Under the pieces are notes generated by a model. That model searched no databases and was not told where the DNA came from. It saw only the letters and a program-made list of their open reading frames with translations. Below, piece by piece: positions 19,799 through 29,735 of a stretch of DNA of 64,000 nt. The stretch covers positions 1,856,001-1,920,000 of the forward strand of contig OZ240219.1 in assembly GCA_965197645.1 (NCBI GenBank), read 5' to 3'. The number at the start of each line of letters is the position of its first letter. The first letter of the stretch is position 1. The stretch is from Dehalococcoidia bacterium (GTDB taxonomy: Bacteria; Chloroflexota; Dehalococcoidia; Plut-88900). Position numbers and translations under genes: made by a program.

Positions 19799-21349
19799 AT
19801 GAACTACGATCACATAGTCGTCGGCGCAGGATCAGGCGGAGCGGTGATGGCAAGCCGTCTATCCGAAGACCCCAACCGCTCGGTCCTCCTCCTGGAGGCG
19901 GGTGCCGATTTCCCGGACATTGAGCACCTACCCCCGGAGCTGAAGTACATGTATGGGGAGAGGCCTTCAGCTTTCGAAAGTGAGCACCTGTGGAACTTCG
20001 AGGCAAGGGGAACTGATGAAGGCCTACCCCTGCTGGTACCCCGCGGAAAAGTCACGGGGGGAACCAGTGCCGTCAACGGCGCCAATTACCTCCGGGCAGA
20101 CCGAGAAGATTTCGATCTCTGGGCAGAGGCGGGAAATGACGAGTGGGGCTTCGAACAGATACTTCCCTACTTCAAGAAAACGGAAACAGACCACCACTTC
20201 CAGAACGAGTTTCACGGCTCCGACGGTCCCATCCACTGCCGTAGGTTCACCCCCGAAGAGTGGGGCCCTCAGCAGCAGGCTTTCTACGATGCCTGTTTGG
20301 ATTACGGATTCCCCGATTGTCCAGACCACAACCGACCCGATTCCACCGGTGTGGGGCCTCTAACATTCAACATTGTAGACCGTATCAGATGGAGTACGGC
20401 GTTAGGCTATCTGGACCCCGCTCGCCACAGGGTTAATCTAACCATCAAGCCCAATTGTCTGGTCCATGGGATCATTTTCGACGGCGTTCGGGCCACCGGC
20501 GTTCTACTCACCAGTGGCGGAGAGATGTTCACGGTGTACGGGGAGGAGATTATTCTATCCGCAGGCACCATTGGCTCCGCTCACATCCTGGCCCTTTCCG
20601 GTGTCGGCCCCGCGGATCAGTTGACTCCCCTGGGCATCCCGGTTGTACAGGAAATGCCCGGTGTTGGACAGAACCTTCGGGACCATTTGGATTTGGACAT
20701 AAGCTGGAACTCGAACACAAGATTTCCCGTAGCCGAAGAACGCGCGGCCGAAGCGACAATAACCCTCCGATACACCGCTCCCGGATCACCCTACAAAAAC
20801 GATATGGTGGTTTGCATGAGCAACCGCCTGGGTGAGGGCCCGGGCCTCCCTCTCGATGAAAAAGCGGAGATGGGCATCGGACTCCATCTATGTAACTACA
20901 TGGCCCTCTGTTCCGGTGAGATGCGAATTCAGTCCACAGATCCTCGTAAAGCGCCCTACCTGGACTACAACTACTTCCAAGACCCGCTGGACCTCTCTAG
21001 ATATCGAGATGGTGTCAGGATGTGCATAGAACTCTCCAAGTACCCGGCCTTCGAAGAGCTGGTCACGGACCGCATCGCGCCTCCGGATGAGGTCCTGGAA
21101 TCGGATGATGCTCTGGACCTGTGGTTGAAGAAATCGGTGCGGTCGGCTCACCACATTGCCGGTACTTGCAAGATGGGGCCATCATCGGACCCGTTGGCTG
21201 TAGTAGACCAGTACGGCCGAGTTCACGGATTGGAAGGCGTTCGCGTTGCGGATGCATCGATAATGCCTCACTCGGTACGGGCCAATCTCAACGCCAACAT
21301 CTTGGCCATGGCCGAGCGGATAGCCGACTTCATTAAAGACGGACGTTAG
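19799..21349 (+). CDS. GMC oxidoreductase (choline dehydrogenase/MftG-like)
   Basis: GAGSGG, RGKVTGGTSAVNG, GVGQNLRDH, H..GTCKMG, RVADASIMP. Confidence 0.92.
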   Translation: MNYDHIVVGAGSGGAVMASRLSEDPNRSVLLLEAGADFPDIEHLPPELKYMYGERPSAFESEHLWNFEARGTDEGLPLLVPRGKVTGGTSAVNGANYLRADREDFDLWAEAGNDEWGFEQILPYFKKTETDHHFQNEFHGSDGPIHCRRFTPEEWGPQQQAFYDACLDYGFPDCPDHNRPDSTGVGPLTFNIVDRIRWSTALGYLDPARHRVNLTIKPNCLVHGIIFDGVRATGVLLTSGGEMFTVYGEEIILSAGTIGSAHILALSGVGPADQLTPLGIPVVQEMPGVGQNLRDHLDLDISWNSNTRFPVAEERAAEATITLRYTAPGSPYKNDMVVCMSNRLGEGPGLPLDEKAEMGIGLHLCNYMALCSGEMRIQSTDPRKAPYLDYNYFQDPLDLSRYRDGVRMCIELSKYPAFEELVTDRIAPPDEVLESDDALDLWLKKSVRSAHHIAGTCKMGPSSDPLAVVDQYGRVHGLEGVRVADASIMPHSVRANLNANILAMAERIADFIKDGR

Positions 21350-21361
21350 CAGCTACCCGGT

Positions 21362-21540
21362 TCACCTCGGGCGTTCTGCCGGTCGGAGTTGGCCATTGCG
21401 TTCTGGCAGGCCCTGTTTCCGGTAACCTTCGTCGGCAGCTCTTCCGTGATCACCTGCTCGATCTTGTCCTGGTCCTTCCACTCGATATTGTCGAACCGGT
21501 CGTTGAACTCCCTGACGATGTTGGAGAGCCGGTTTATCTT
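21362..21540 (-). pseudogene. Fragment of type I R-M HsdR C-terminus
   Basis: RLSNIVREFNDRFDNIEWKDQDKIEQVITEELPTKV...QNAMANSDRQNAR resembles HsdR tails. Confidence 0.6.
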
Positions 21541-21683
21541 GCGAGACAACCAGCCGCACGCCTCACCTCCCAATGTTCTGGCACATCGCCAAGCCAGGGG
21601 ACGCGTCGGAGGGTTTGAGGAGGGGTAGGGGGGTGGGGTCTCACGTCTTGCATGTATCTGAATTGAGGCCTGGCTACGATCGT

Positions 21684-22052
21684 TCAAAGACCAAGCTGCT
21701 CCCTTATGATAGAGGTCGCAATTCCCTTGGCTACATCAATTGTGAGGTTCGCCAGCTTGTGGCCCCCATTTTGGGCCTTTTGGGTCGCTGCCTCCCAAAC
21801 CGCATCTTCCCGAACGCTGTTGAGGAAATCATGTCCAGACCACGTGAGACCGTTGATACTGACGTAGTACTTGTTGCCAAACGTCCATTTGCCATCACCG
21901 TTCACTAACCCTTCCTGTATCAGAAGGTCTAGGTTGTAATCAACTTCCCCTTCGGTGTATCCCGCTACCTCTAGGGCTAGATCAGCATTACGGCTCTCTT
22001 GAGCTTCAATACGAAGCAGTAGCTCGCGAATCAAGTTTAAGTCCCGCCTCAA
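21684..22052 (-). CDS. DUF2513 family winged-helix protein
   Basis: MRRDLNLIRELLLRIE...Y.LDLL...LTWSGHDFLNSVR...VW; TTG start after AGGAG. Confidence 0.8.
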   Translation of the reverse strand: MRRDLNLIRELLLRIEAQESRNADLALEVAGYTEGEVDYNLDLLIQEGLVNGDGKWTFGNKYYVSINGLTWSGHDFLNSVREDAVWEAATQKAQNGGHKLANLTIDVAKGIATSIIREQLGL

Positions 22053-22114
22053 ATCGCATCTCCTAACTAAGAATAGAACATTGTTTAGATGTTCGTGATA
22101 GCTATCTACTGCGC

Positions 22115-22876
22115 TCACCGAGCGTAAGATTCCGACGGGCCTGCGTAATCAATCTGCGCAATCCTGTCATGCGGAAATGCTTGTAGGCCTTCGTTCTCTT
22201 CAGGCAGCAAATACACAAACTGCTCTCCAATCATGATGACCCGAAAACTCCCACTGTCGCCGGAAGCAAACTGGACGGTCGCCTGTGGCGATTGATGCAG
22301 GGCGTCCGCCGCCTCATCATGCGCCGTTGAGGACGAGAAATTGTAGGCATACGTCCCCCACAGGACCACCAACCCTACAGTGATGACACTGACAAGAAAT
22401 CGGCGAGAGGCCTTCTCCTCAACCTGTTTTTGTTCGGGCCTTGAATCCTCCGGTTTAGATTTGGCACGCATTGCCAAGCCCAGCATTGCTCCACCGTACA
22501 AACTCATAGCCATTGACAGTACAATCCAAAGACTCCGCATGACTGAATCAGTGGTGACAATTGGAGTAACACTCACAACGACTGGCCCCGCTACCATGAG
22601 AAGGCAGCCAAGACCGCACTTCTGCCATCTAGGCAATTGCAACCTCGTTAGAGGTCCAGATAGCAGGAAATACGAAACCAGCGCTATGGATAAGCCAATG
22701 CCTATGACCGTGACGCCAGGCGAGACTATAGCGTAATCTATGGCGCTCAACCGGGTCTCGAAAACGGGCACTCCGAGAGTTTCGTGGTAAGTAAGCACAT
22801 ATATTCGTCCAAGGAAAATCGTGAACGCTATCACGACGCCCTGAAGTACGATACCAAGGTACGGAAGACCCGACAT
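22115..22876 (-). CDS. Hypothetical multi-pass membrane protein
   Basis: 253-aa ORF with ~5 hydrophobic segments. Confidence 0.65.
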   Translation of the reverse strand: MSGLPYLGIVLQGVVIAFTIFLGRIYVLTYHETLGVPVFETRLSAIDYAIVSPGVTVIGIGLSIALVSYFLLSGPLTRLQLPRWQKCGLGCLLMVAGPVVVSVTPIVTTDSVMRSLWIVLSMAMSLYGGAMLGLAMRAKSKPEDSRPEQKQVEEKASRRFLVSVITVGLVVLWGTYAYNFSSSTAHDEAADALHQSPQATVQFASGDSGSFRVIMIGEQFVYLLPEENEGLQAFPHDRIAQIDYAGPSESYAR

Positions 22877-23081
22877 GCTTATCTCCGACTTTCTATACGA
22901 CCAAACACCGTGTTGTACTTTGGCTTCCGCCGTTCGGGGTGCTCTAGTGCCATTAAGTCAACTCTCACGCTTGCCGGTTTCTGAACGGCGGAAGACTCCA
23001 CACCAAGGTTCGTGCTCTCCGCCATTTAATCGCCTCCACCCATGATCTCACCCAACAATCCCTACGTCTCCCGCCTGAGGG

Positions 23082-23315
23082 CTAGGATGTCGGCCCGTAT
23101 CTCCGCCAGATGCCGATGTAGCCCTGCAGCAGATCCCCGTTCTCGTCCCATTCCAGGGAGTTTGCGGCCCCCTCGTAGTCGATCTGGCGGCCCTCGGCGA
23201 CTCCGTCGGGAGTCCCCAGGACGGTCTCCCCTGGCGGACTGCTGACGGTGCGCAACTGGTCCCGAATGGATGGGCCGTCAAGGTTTCCAGCCGCTTGAGC
23301 AGCCAGTGCGGTGTC
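23082..23315 (-). pseudogene. Fragment of branched-chain-type ABC substrate-binding protein C-terminus
   Basis: ALAAQAAGNLDGPSIRDQLR..IDYEGAANSLEWDENGDL..YIGIWR. Confidence 0.55.
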
Positions 23316-23520
23316 GGTATCTGGTCGGGACACATCCGCTCCTTTCCTGGGGCACTATGCCCTCAGTCTGGGAGCTCACACCCACTCCGATTTGTTGAGT
23401 CTTCTAAACCTCAGATGTGTCCGATGTTCACCGACGGTCTAGACATCACAACAGGGCCATCGGGGAGCTTACGAAACCTTAATCCAACCCCTGATCTTTC
23501 TGGTCTCAAAGGGTCTCATT

Positions 23521-24903
23521 TTAGCTACTTGCCGACAGAGCTTGACGGGCGGTGTTCCAGGGCTTGCGGGTAAAATGGCGGCCTAAGGTTCTCTCAATCT
23601 GACGCCACTTACGTTCCTCATCCAGCGTGACAAACGTTACCGCTTCTCCAGAGCGTCCCAGGCGTCCGGTCCGTCCGACCCGGTGAGTGAACAGCGGTCC
23701 AGAGTCCGGCAGATCATAGTTGATGACCTGGCCAATGCCCTCAACGTCCAGACCTCTGGCGGCCACATTTGTTGCGACCAAGATAGCCACCACGCCGGAC
23801 CGGAAGTTCGCCAGGACCCGTTCCCGTGCGCCTTGGCTCAGATTTCCTTGGAGCGCGCCAACGGGGTATCCAAGCAAATCTAGATGTTTCGCCAGCTTCT
23901 TGACACTGTGCTTGGTCTTGCGAAAAACGAGCACCGAAGCGCCATTCCTCTGATTCAACAGCGCCTGGAGAGCTTCAATCTTGCCGCTCTGTTCAATACT
24001 GTAGACCAGATGCTCAACGCTGGGCGGACTTAGCAAACCTGCGTCCACTTCCACTCTGACAGGCCGGCGCATGTGCTTCGCTGAGGTCTGGGTTACCCAC
24101 TCCGGCATGGTTGCGGAGAAGAGCGCCGTCTGTCGCTTCTGGGGTGTCCGATTTATGATGGCTTCGACGTCCCGGGCAAATCCCTGATCCAGCATTTCGT
24201 CTGCTTCATCCAGCACAAGGAATCGTACTGATTGCAGTTGCAGAGTGCCTTGGCGCAGATGGTCCAGGGTACGGCCCGGTGTCCCAACTATTATCTGCGG
24301 TCCATTCTTCAACGCTGCATACTCTGGCCTTATGGACCGGCCGCCGTAGAGCAGCGTCACGAGGAGTTGCTGCGGAGAAGCCAGAGCATCGATGACTCCA
24401 CCTACCTGAATAGCGAGTTCGCGGGTGGGTACCAGCACCAACGCCTGGACTTGCGGTAGTGATGCGTCGCACCGCTCTACCAGGGGTGCTGCAAACGCCA
24501 GCGTCTTTCCGGACCCAGTGCGCGCCTGACCTATCAAATCCAGTCCCTCAAGGAGCTTTGGGATGGCCTCTTCCTGAATCGGTGTTGGTTCCGATATGTT
24601 CATCCGGAGAATCGCCGCTCTGGTAGCAGCCTTCAAAAGTATTCCGGGAAACACGGCCTCATCGTCCAGACCTTTATCGGCAGGGGGACCACTTACGGCA
24701 GTCGGGTCCCTGCTCACGGGAGCTTTGGCGTTGGAAGAGGGGCCATTCCGGCGAGCCTTGAAGCACAGGCGACAATATATCGGCCTGCCTTGAGTTGGCC
24801 GGAAGGGGATGGTAGTAGTCGTGCCGCAATCTGCGCAAACACCGTGGTGGCGCTGGACACGGTTGGGCCGCAGTCGGCGACCTGAAATAGGTCTGACAAT
24901 CAT
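23521..24903 (-). CDS. DEAD-box RNA helicase with N-terminal CxxC-x17-CxxC zinc ribbon
   Basis: CADC...PFRP..GRPIYCRLC; PTPIQ, ARTGSGKT, PTRELA, DEAD, SAT, ARGLD, HRVGRTGR. Confidence 0.93.
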   Translation of the reverse strand: MIVRPISGRRLRPNRVQRHHGVCADCGTTTTIPFRPTQGRPIYCRLCFKARRNGPSSNAKAPVSRDPTAVSGPPADKGLDDEAVFPGILLKAATRAAILRMNISEPTPIQEEAIPKLLEGLDLIGQARTGSGKTLAFAAPLVERCDASLPQVQALVLVPTRELAIQVGGVIDALASPQQLLVTLLYGGRSIRPEYAALKNGPQIIVGTPGRTLDHLRQGTLQLQSVRFLVLDEADEMLDQGFARDVEAIINRTPQKRQTALFSATMPEWVTQTSAKHMRRPVRVEVDAGLLSPPSVEHLVYSIEQSGKIEALQALLNQRNGASVLVFRKTKHSVKKLAKHLDLLGYPVGALQGNLSQGARERVLANFRSGVVAILVATNVAARGLDVEGIGQVINYDLPDSGPLFTHRVGRTGRLGRSGEAVTFVTLDEERKWRQIERTLGRHFTRKPWNTARQALSASS

Positions 24904-25037
24904 GGCAAAAGACTCCTTAGTAACAGAGGTGACACCCGTGATTCAGCGCGGGGCGAAAAGACGGGAACCAGGAGTCTGATGGACCGTTGCTGTGTGAAAC
25001 CTTGGCGAGACTGTGGGTCGCAGTCTGTAGTATAACA
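24904..25037 (-). promoter_or_regulatory. Extended -10 promoter and structured 5' leader of helicase
   Basis: TGtTATACT; leader AGACTCCT complementary to RBS-containing AGGAGTCT. Confidence 0.5.
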
Positions 25038-25310
25038 GACTTATCTCAAAAGTGTGGATGGGAGATGTGCTCCGCCCCTAACCTCAGAGGGCAGAATTCA
25101 TTTAACGATGGTAACTCCAACCCAGCCAAACGCAGAGCAGGGCGCGGGGATGGTAGGCCGGCGCCCTGCCCCGGTACGGCCGTTATGAGATCGGCTCGCT
25201 GTTCTACTACGTGTACACCGTCACCGCCGGCGGCGAGAGCATTCCGGCGGTGATAGAGGCCCACTGATGAGCGGGGAGCGGATAGCCATAAACACAACAA
25301 GACCGCGTAT

Positions 25311-25453
25311 GAGCCTGTCCCAGAACCCTGCTTTGAGAGAGTCCAGAGGGAAACTTCCCTCTGGTAGGGGGCCTGGGGGATGTTCCCCCAGCTACAAAAC
25401 CTTCCGAGGGCGGGCGGTTGGGACTAAGACGTCCGTACTTTTGAGACAAGCTC
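25311..25453. mobile_element. MITE-like element with terminal inverted repeats and internal hairpins
   Basis: GAGCCTGTCCCAGAA...TTTTGAGACAAGCTC; hairpins CCAGAGGGAA-ac-TTCCCTCTGG and CTGGGGGA-tgt-TCCCCCAG. Confidence 0.65.
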
Positions 25454-25489
25454 ATATATGGACGTGCGGGAGGGCTAGCACCCCGCCTC

Positions 25490-25656
25490 CCTCCATCTGG
25501 CATCCAGTAGCCGATGCGAGGCTCGGTGAAGATGTGGGTAAGGTTGCCCGAGTCGTCACCCGGCTTGCGGCGGAGAGTGCTCACGACGGCGCGCTCAATC
25601 TCGGTGAGGGCCGCTGCGATTGCGTTCGTGATGGAGAAGAGCGGAATGAACCTCAT
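25490..25656 (-). pseudogene. Chimeric relic: Fic-family N-terminus joined to OmpR/KdpE-type C-terminus
   Basis: MRFIPLFSITNAIAAALTEIERA + VVSTLRRKPGDDSGNLTHIFTEPRIGYWMP. Confidence 0.55.
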
Positions 25657-25665
25657 CCCTCTCTC

Positions 25666-28600
25666 CTACACCGACACCACTGTGTCCACATCCCCGGCGG
25701 CCAAGGCGTTCATATAGGCGAGAATGAGGGCCCGTGTGCGATAGGAGCCGAATTGAGCCTCGTCTTGCTGTCGGACAATAGGGAAGGTGTCGAGCACGTA
25801 GCCCGCGTCCTCTCTGGATAGCCCGTAGAGATGGAAGTAGAGGGCGTCGAGCCGCGCCCGCAGGTGGCGGCGCTCCTCCTCATCCCAGGTGAACGGCGGG
25901 CCGTCATAGCCGAGGTCACGGGCGAATGGGGCCATGTCGTGCGCCGTGTAGGTGAGCCGAAGCACATGGTCCCGGACGAGGTCGCGGGCCGTGTTGTCAC
26001 CGAACCGCTGATCGTAGTCGTCGGGTGCGATGATCGGGAGCTGTTCGACGATGTACCAGTTGAGATTGGCACCCTGAATCTTCTGTCGTGCGACGAAGTC
26101 CAAGCAGATGGAGTTCAGGTTCGCTACAAGGGAAGCAGCGACTATGCCGTCGCTGCCGACGAAGAGGGGCACTTTGTTGCCATAACCGGCCCAAGGCACG
26201 ATGGAGGCGATCACTGTCCTCACGTCCGTGGGCCGGGCAATGTCTCGGAAGCCTAGCGCATAGCCACGGCTCTTGCTTAGAGCAGTCTCTACGTTGTCGG
26301 CTGGAACCCAATACTGCGTCTGCGGCAGGAAGCTGGGATCCGCGTGCTGCGTCTCAGTGACCTCTTCGCTGAGGTACGGGTTGTGAGTGTTCTCCGGGTT
26401 CACCCGAACGGAGCTCACCCGGTGGTCGAATTGGTGAATCATCCGGCCCTGATAGAGCGGCAGGTACATCTCCGCGCCCTTCTTCCAGCGATTGCCCTCT
26501 ACGGGGTAGAAACCCGCCGACTCCAACTGCGCGGCAGTTCGGAAAAGATGGGAATCGTTGGTCATGTCGAACATGCGCACGTACCGTACAGGCCATGCTT
26601 TGCGCTCCTCGCCCCTTGAGCGGTCGACGAGCACGGGATGCCGCTCGTAGATGCGCCGGGTGATCTCCGCGTCCCGCCGCGTACGAAATATGGGCGCGGT
26701 GCCGGTGTTGGGGTTCACCAGTACGAAGTCCGAGGGGGCCAGAGGGAAGCAGTGGCCAGGGTTGCTAATGGTCTCGGTATCGTGGAGGAAGAAGGCGCAC
26801 TCGGTCTCTTGGAACCGCCGCTCCGCGCCGCCGAGTACCAGGGCGCAGAACTTGAACCGCGAGTCCACGTCGGGGAAGAAGTGTGGCAGCCCCGTCCCAA
26901 GGCGGCGGTTCTCGAAGTCGAACAGGCCGGACACACGTCCGCTGGTAGAGACGGACTTGAAGAAGTCCGCCGCCGTCTTGTCGGCGTAGATGCCGGAGGG
27001 CGTGAGCAGTCCGACGATTCCGTCGGGCTTGACAAGCCCCATGGCGCGCTCCACGAACAACGAATAGAGGTTGATGTCGCCACCGCTCAGCAGGGGATAG
27101 TTCCCGGAAGCGCGAATCAACTCGCCCAGCTTATCTGCTCGCTCCTTCGCAGCGTCGAACTCGTCCGCCAGAGACGCTCCCTTGTCACGCAGTTGTTGAA
27201 TGCCGGTTTTACGTGCGGCCGCTGTCGGGGCCAGGGCCAGCTCCGGTGAACGAGTGGCGAACCACTCCACCTCTTGGAGTTTGATGCGGTCCCACGGCGG
27301 GTTGCCCATGACGGCGTCGAACCCGCCAACCGGTTGTTCTTGCTGCCACCGCTGCCAGACGCCGGGGAAGGCCGCCTCCCAATGCAGGAAGCCTTCGCGG
27401 TCCGCGACGTGCCGGGCATCGCTCCACAACTCTTTGAACCCTGCCCAGGAAGTGTCGCCGCCGGTCTCCCCTTCCCCAAAGACGTCAGGACCCCGCGCCA
27501 GGAGACTGTAAGCCTCATTGGGCCGACCGCCCAGGGTTTCAACCAGAGGAACCTCAAGCGCGGCGCGCGCTTTCCCCTTCATGTCCGAGGTCAGCCAGCG
27601 CAGGCCGCACAGAAAATCGAGCAGGCCTCGAAGGTCGGCCGTCGTGTCTTCGACTCCACGGAACAACTCGGCCGACTCCCGCACCTCCGCAACGTCCGCG
27701 TCCGACATCTCCTCTATGCGCTGCATCCCGGCGGCGGCGGCCTCCGCGCCGGCTATGGCGGAGCTTGCGAACAGCCCCCCAAGCCGGTTCAACTCCCTCG
27801 TGGCCTCCGGAACACGGAGCCCGACCAGGGAGTCGCCGCAGCGCAGATGGTGGTCTAGGAACGACAGCGGCGCCCCGACGGTGAAACTGTGCAACCACAG
27901 CGACACCTTCGCCAGCTCGACGGTCAGGGGGTTCTTGTCCACGCCGTAGATGCAGCGTTTCAGCACCATCCGCCGGATGATGGCCTGGTCGGTCAACTGG
28001 GTCTCGTCCATGACCCAATCCGACGCTTGGGCTCGCTGGAGGATGTCCCGCCGAATGGCCGCCACCCGCTCCACAAGAGGGGATGAGTACTCGCCGTCCA
28101 GCCAATCCGGCACCGCTGGGGCATACTCCGCTATCTCCGCAATGTAGTCCGATAGGAAGTCGACGGCGGTGACCAGGAAGTGACCGCTTCCCATGGCCGG
28201 GTCCAGCACCTTCAGGTTGAGCACGGCTTCGGCTGGGTCCAGCTCAAGCAACTCGGCATTTCGCACGGCGATGGGGCGGTGGTCGCCGCTCAACTCCTTC
28301 GACTTGTCCTCGAACACCTTCAAGCGTTCTTCGGCCAGCGGCTTCAGAGTCCGGTCGACGATCAGATCGACGAGCTCTTGAGGGGTGAAGAAGCTGCCGC
28401 TGTCCTTGCGGGCATAGCTGTTGGGACGCACGGCGATCCCGCCACTGCCGTCCCGGACAGGCTCACGTTCCAAGAGCCTCTCGTAGATTGATCCAAGCTG
28501 TTGGACGGACATGTCACGGTAGTTGACGAAGTGGCGTGTGCCCTCAGTTTCCGTGTGGCTCAGGTCGTAGATGATGTCGCCGACTATCTTGTCCGTAAGG

Positions 28601-29706
28601 CGGGCCGCCTTGAGCAATGGAGCAGCCTCGGATGCAAACAGGCCGCCGTTGTAGGGCGGCAGACCGATGGACTCGTCGCCCTCGTCGATTTGGCGGAACA
28701 GCGTCATCAGGTGGTCGTAGTAGCTGGAGGCGCTGGCAGAGAAGACGCCGCCGCCTTGCATCCTGTGCGCCACGTGGTCGCGGACCGGCTTCCGCAAACC
28801 GTAGTCTTCGTACCGCTGATCGTTCACAGGAAGCAGTCCCCGGTCCTCGGCGTAGAGCACGAAGAGCAGCCGGTAGAGAAGGATAAGGGCTGCGTGGCGG
28901 ACGCGTGACAGATCTTCGTCGGTGGCGTCGGCCAGGGCTTGGACCAGCTTGGGAAAGACCCTCTCGAATACAACGCTGGATAGGTCCTGCGCCACCTTCT
29001 CCTCGTACCGCCTCCCGCGAGCCAGCGCCGCTTCCAGGAAGCTGGTCGTGTCCCCCTGGTGCGGGGTGAAGGAGTCGCGACGGAACAGCAGGTAGAAGAG
29101 GCGGAGCCCGTCTTCGCCGCCGGACTCCAGCGTCTCTCCGAGGTCGGCCTCGAAGTAGCCTGTGGCGCGTGGGCGGGAGCGGTAGTCATAGAGACGCCAC
29201 AGGCCGCCGTTGGTCAGGAATCCCCACCGGATTCGGCTCTCCGACTCGATATCAGCCGTCGAGAGGTATCGGAGAATTTGGCCGTGGGGCGTCCTCGATT
29301 GGCGTCCTTTTTCCCTATCGCGGGCGTCAAGAGAGAGACCGAACCTCTTGCTCTCCTCCACCACGATGGCGTCCCTGAATCGTTCATCAGGGTTGGCCCT
29401 CCCGGCGGCGCGCTCCTTGGATACGGCATCGGTGAAGAGGAGATAGTCGGGTATGTCCTCGTTGCGGGTTGTTCCCTGCTGGGGAAGGTAGTCGGCCCAT
29501 CCCAGGAGTTTCAGGATCGGGCGAATCAGCTCTTGCTCGGTGACGGCCTCGTTGGGGCCTTCGGAGCTGCTCAGCGCACCGTAGCTTTGACGAACGCCAT
29601 GACGAAATGCGGCAAATGCCGTCGAGTCCGAGATGGACGTGCGCCACTCGGTGGTCGCCCTTATGCCTTCGGTCAGGAAGTAGTTGGTGAACAGATTGCC
29701 TGGCAT
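25666..29706 (-). CDS. Type IIG-like fused restriction endonuclease/N6-adenine methyltransferase
   Basis: PD..EsK nuclease motif, LTNG.LWRLY, YNGGLF, LGSIYE.LL, RKDSGSFFTP, DPAMGSGHFL, GNPPW, C-terminal TRD. Confidence 0.9.
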   Translation of the reverse strand: MPGNLFTNYFLTEGIRATTEWRTSISDSTAFAAFRHGVRQSYGALSSSEGPNEAVTEQELIRPILKLLGWADYLPQQGTTRNEDIPDYLLFTDAVSKERAAGRANPDERFRDAIVVEESKRFGLSLDARDREKGRQSRTPHGQILRYLSTADIESESRIRWGFLTNGGLWRLYDYRSRPRATGYFEADLGETLESGGEDGLRLFYLLFRRDSFTPHQGDTTSFLEAALARGRRYEEKVAQDLSSVVFERVFPKLVQALADATDEDLSRVRHAALILLYRLLFVLYAEDRGLLPVNDQRYEDYGLRKPVRDHVAHRMQGGGVFSASASSYYDHLMTLFRQIDEGDESIGLPPYNGGLFASEAAPLLKAARLTDKIVGDIIYDLSHTETEGTRHFVNYRDMSVQQLGSIYERLLEREPVRDGSGGIAVRPNSYARKDSGSFFTPQELVDLIVDRTLKPLAEERLKVFEDKSKELSGDHRPIAVRNAELLELDPAEAVLNLKVLDPAMGSGHFLVTAVDFLSDYIAEIAEYAPAVPDWLDGEYSSPLVERVAAIRRDILQRAQASDWVMDETQLTDQAIIRRMVLKRCIYGVDKNPLTVELAKVSLWLHSFTVGAPLSFLDHHLRCGDSLVGLRVPEATRELNRLGGLFASSAIAGAEAAAAGMQRIEEMSDADVAEVRESAELFRGVEDTTADLRGLLDFLCGLRWLTSDMKGKARAALEVPLVETLGGRPNEAYSLLARGPDVFGEGETGGDTSWAGFKELWSDARHVADREGFLHWEAAFPGVWQRWQQEQPVGGFDAVMGNPPWDRIKLQEVEWFATRSPELALAPTAAARKTGIQQLRDKGASLADEFDAAKERADKLGELIRASGNYPLLSGGDINLYSLFVERAMGLVKPDGIVGLLTPSGIYADKTAADFFKSVSTSGRVSGLFDFENRRLGTGLPHFFPDVDSRFKFCALVLGGAERRFQETECAFFLHDTETISNPGHCFPLAPSDFVLVNPNTGTAPIFRTRRDAEITRRIYERHPVLVDRSRGEERKAWPVRYVRMFDMTNDSHLFRTAAQLESAGFYPVEGNRWKKGAEMYLPLYQGRMIHQFDHRVSSVRVNPENTHNPYLSEEVTETQHADPSFLPQTQYWVPADNVETALSKSRGYALGFRDIARPTDVRTVIASIVPWAGYGNKVPLFVGSDGIVAASLVANLNSICLDFVARQKIQGANLNWYIVEQLPIIAPDDYDQRFGDNTARDLVRDHVLRLTYTAHDMAPFARDLGYDGPPFTWDEEERRHLRARLDALYFHLYGLSREDAGYVLDTFPIVRQQDEAQFGSYRTRALILAYMNALAAGDVDTVVSV

Positions 29707-29735
29707 GTCAGGCGTCAGCCCACGGTTTCATGACA

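Noticed and set aside
19799-21349. Assigning betA or mftG to the GMC gene
   Set aside because: Family motifs alone do not separate these, and no betB or mycofactocin genes are in the window.
23007-23024. GGTTCGTGCTCTCCGCCA as another tRNA-Ser att copy
   Set aside because: Only 10 contiguous matches and opposite orientation to the island repeats; may be chance.
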